From assembly GCF_036321535.1 (NCBI RefSeq), contig NC_087437.1:17796001-17860000 (forward strand): a stretch of DNA of 64,000 nt, in the 5' to 3' direction. Both the position numbers and the translations under genes were made by a program. Origin of the DNA: Camelus dromedarius. Taxonomy: Eukaryota. Below are positions 61,041 to 64,000 of the stretch, in pieces. The notes beneath the pieces were generated by a model, which worked only from the letters and a program-made list of their open reading frames with translations, searched no databases and was not told the origin of the DNA. How positions within the stretch are numbered: the stretch's first letter is position 1; each line of letters begins with the position of its first letter.

Positions 61041-61674
61041 ATACATCATGGTTCCTGCCCTTAAAGAACTATCAGATTAGTGGAGAAGACAGACCAGTTC
61101 AATAAATCCTTAAGGTGCAGTATTAAAGGTGGCTGCGGGGAAAGCAGGATGACAAAAAAGATCATTTCCACTGATAGAAAGATAATCGGGAATGGTCAAG
61201 AAAGCTTTAATAAGTTCACATCTAGCAAGTAGGGGTTGCTAGTAAAGAGTGAGCCAGCCCTCTCTCATTTGTAAGAATGAAACACTAGGTGGAATGTCAA
61301 GGGAATTTTAGTCCTGAAACCATCACAGAGAAGCCATGCAACCTTGATCCACTCACTTTACCCCTTGGAACCTTAATTGCTTCAATAGGGCTAGCACATC
61401 GTCCTCGAAGATCTCTGACGTTGCTCTGTGTTTCATGATTTCAGACTCCATATTAAAACCCTTTTCTGCTGCTGTGTACTTTAACAGGACTCCTCAGTGA
61501 TCTCAGGCAGCTTACAAAGCTTTGGAAAGGGGAAAAGCCTCACATTTATTTAAGCTACTTTGGTGATGGCATTTGTGAGCTTTACCTATTCAAATACACA
61601 TTTTCATGATTATGCTTGCATTTGAATTATGCTACTGACACATACAATAAATCAAGGAAGTGCTCTTTTCTACA

Positions 61675-61822
61675 TTGTGTTATTATCGGCACTCCCATTT
61701 TATAGATGAAAAAACTAAGAGTCAGAGAGAATGAAAAGCTTGCATAACCTAACTTGATAAGGTGAAAATAGGTTTTACAAAAAAACTGTGCATTCTGAGC
61801 ACCTGACTCCAAAGCCAGTGTT
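61675..61822 (-). mobile_element. MIR fragment
   Basis: actcccattttatagatgaaaaaactaagagtcagagag...cctgactccaaagcc. Confidence 0.75.
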
Positions 61823-62751
61823 CAGGCTGGGATGCAGGTCTTTATCACTCGGAGGACAGAATGCTGTAATTTTCCTTTCTTGAGAATTTCTTTGAAAATC
61901 TTCTCAATGCAACAATTCTTGCAGAATGTAACAGTACAACTTTTCTTTGTGACACAATCCCTGGGGAACTGATCACATCTTTCTCACTGATGGCACTAGT
62001 CCTACGGTAGAAACAGTCTGAAATCAGTTATTGCATTCTGTAACAGGACGAAAATTAGTTCAAACCTTTCTTTCCTTCTTGAATGGGGACAAAATAGTCA
62101 GTCTTCTGGTTTCTCCTTCTGAACTACATTGTGTCCAAAAAACTAGAATGTAAATTGAAAAAATTTGCTCTTTAAAATATTTCCTAGGTCTTCAGCCCCA
62201 GAATTGGGATTCTGTTTAAAGCCTGGGTTTTTGTTTGCTGATTGGTTATTTCTATTGAAGATAGAGAAACCAAACAAATGAGCTAACTCTAATTTGGGGC
62301 TTAAAGAACAGTCTCCTCGGGCACTGCATTTGCCTTGACCCCAAAGTCAAGACTAAGACTAAACTAAAAATCGTTTTCCACTGCTTCCAGGTCCAGTGCT
62401 AGGTGTGTCTTCTCTTTTGGCTCAGAAGCTGCTCCAGGTCCTCTTCCTACCACCTCCTTTGAATCTTCTCTGGGTTCAGCTACTCCAAGTCTCCACCTTC
62501 TCAACTGGACTTCAGATTTTTCGATAAATTCTTTGGAATGGGTGACTACATCTTGCTTTGCTTTTATTTCTCATAGTGGAACAGCTTTATAGTTCTGATT
62601 AAGTAATGTGTCCTCATTATGAAAAAAACAAGCAATATGCAAAAGTATGAGAAAATAGGTGAAAAAAATCACATGACATCCCAAAATATTGTTGGCCCCC
62701 TTTTAATACATATATTTATGAATTTACATACAAACACACAATTTTTTTTCA

Positions 62752-62880
62752 ATTTTATTTATTTTTAAATTTTTTGGCTTTTTTTGATTTACAATGTTGT
62801 ATCAGTTTCTGGTGTATGGCATAGTGATTCAGTGATATATATATATACATATATATATACACACACACATACACACACAT
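62752..62880 (-). mobile_element. Short L1 3' tail with (TA)/(CA) microsatellite
   Basis: T-rich tail, then ttgatttacaatgttgtatcagtttctggtgtatggcatagtgattcagtgatatat. Confidence 0.8.
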
Positions 62881-63214
62881 ATTCTTTAGAATACAAGCAT
62901 ATAATTTTAATAAAATGGTTATCTTACATACTTTTTTTGTCATGACCACTGTTTATGTAGTCTTTTACTTTTGTATGACCTTTTCCCTCCCTACAAATGT
63001 TTTGTCTCTGGTATTCCCTCACATAACCAGTGGAAACATATGTATTTTCATATGCAATACATACGTATTTTCCAGAACTTTCTGCATGCAGACATAATCA
63101 TATTCAGACAAATGAACATAGTGGAGTTTCTTTGGTCATTTTTGAACAGAATTATTGCTTTTCTGTACTTCTCTATCCACCATTTACCTATTAATATGGT
63201 TTATGTTTACATAA

Positions 63215-64000
63215 ATATATGTAAATATTTAAATATAAACAAAATCTATTTATACTATATTTTCTGGCCATAATTTTGAAAATTATTTATGTAATAAAAT
63301 ATGTTTATTTGTCTTCATAATTTCTGGGTTTGCTGTCTTGATTAAAATGGTATTTCCAACCCAAGGTTATACATGTAATCTCCTGTATTTTCTTTTAAGA
63401 TTTTTTTAACTTTATGTTTTACACTTGTCTTTTATCCATCTGTTATTTTCATATTGTGTAAAAAGATCTCCAACTTCACTTTATTGTCCCAAATGGATTG
63501 CCCATTGTGCCAGCACTATTCATTAAAGAGACCATTCCTTTTCTACTAGATTAAAATGTCACCATTTTCATATATGAAATTCTCGCACATATCAAGATCT
63601 ATTTCTAGACTCTTAATTGCCTTTCAATGATTTGTTTGCTTTTTTTTTAAACCAATATAGGACAATTCCCTGAACTTTATCAAATCTCATAACAATCCTG
63701 GCCATTCTCAGATATTTTTTTCTTCTTTAAAAATGTTAAGATGATTCCCATACCACTGCCCTCAAAAACAGAAACATATTGGTATTGTTTGAATTGGTAT
63801 TTTGGGGTGACATTCAGTCTTCTCATCCAAGAATATGCTATACTTTCCAATTGAACAGACTTTGTCTTTTATTAAGATTTGATTGTTCTATGAACATACA
63901 TCCTATACCTTTCATGTTAAATTTATTTCTAGGAACTAGATACTCTTTGTCACTGTGTGGATGAAATAGTTTCTCATTTCTTCCAGCTGATTTTAGCTGG
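63215..64000 (-). mobile_element. Ancient L1 (L1ME-like) ORF2 fragment, antisense
   Basis: tttccaacccaaggttatac...aatggattgcccattgtgccagcactattcattaaagagaccattcc...gtattgtttgaattggtattttggggtgacattcagtcttctcatccaagaatatg. Confidence 0.75.

Overview
This is eukaryotic, mammalian non-coding DNA, most likely camelid (Camelus/Vicugna). The youngest repeats are L1 3' ends of the camelid/cetartiodactyl type, and I see no Alu, B1/B2, Bov-tA, PRE-1 or Can-SINE. I find no credible host protein-coding exon, RNA gene or CRISPR array. The only ORFs with recognisable protein similarity are L1 ORF2 C-terminal remnants and a decayed POGK/Tc2-type DDE transposase. Much of the window is interspersed repeat: L1 of several ages, L2, MIR, L3, MaLR/ERVL/ERV1 LTRs, and hAT and Tc2 DNA transposons. 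Between the repeats are several repeat-free blocks rich in homeodomain motifs that look like conserved developmental enhancers, one CpG-island-like segment (~42.8-43.9 kb) with a REST-like site, and a strong CTCF motif with its upstream module (46727-46759). The overall picture is a gene-desert or large-intron regulatory landscape. The most distinctive structure is an apparently L1-retrotransposed, polyadenylated MER68-like LTR transcript inside a MER5A element (17317-17788). I did not find evidence of a novel multi-gene system. Repeat family names come from my recall of consensus sequences and need RepeatMasker/Dfam confirmation. Boundaries of old repeats are approximate.
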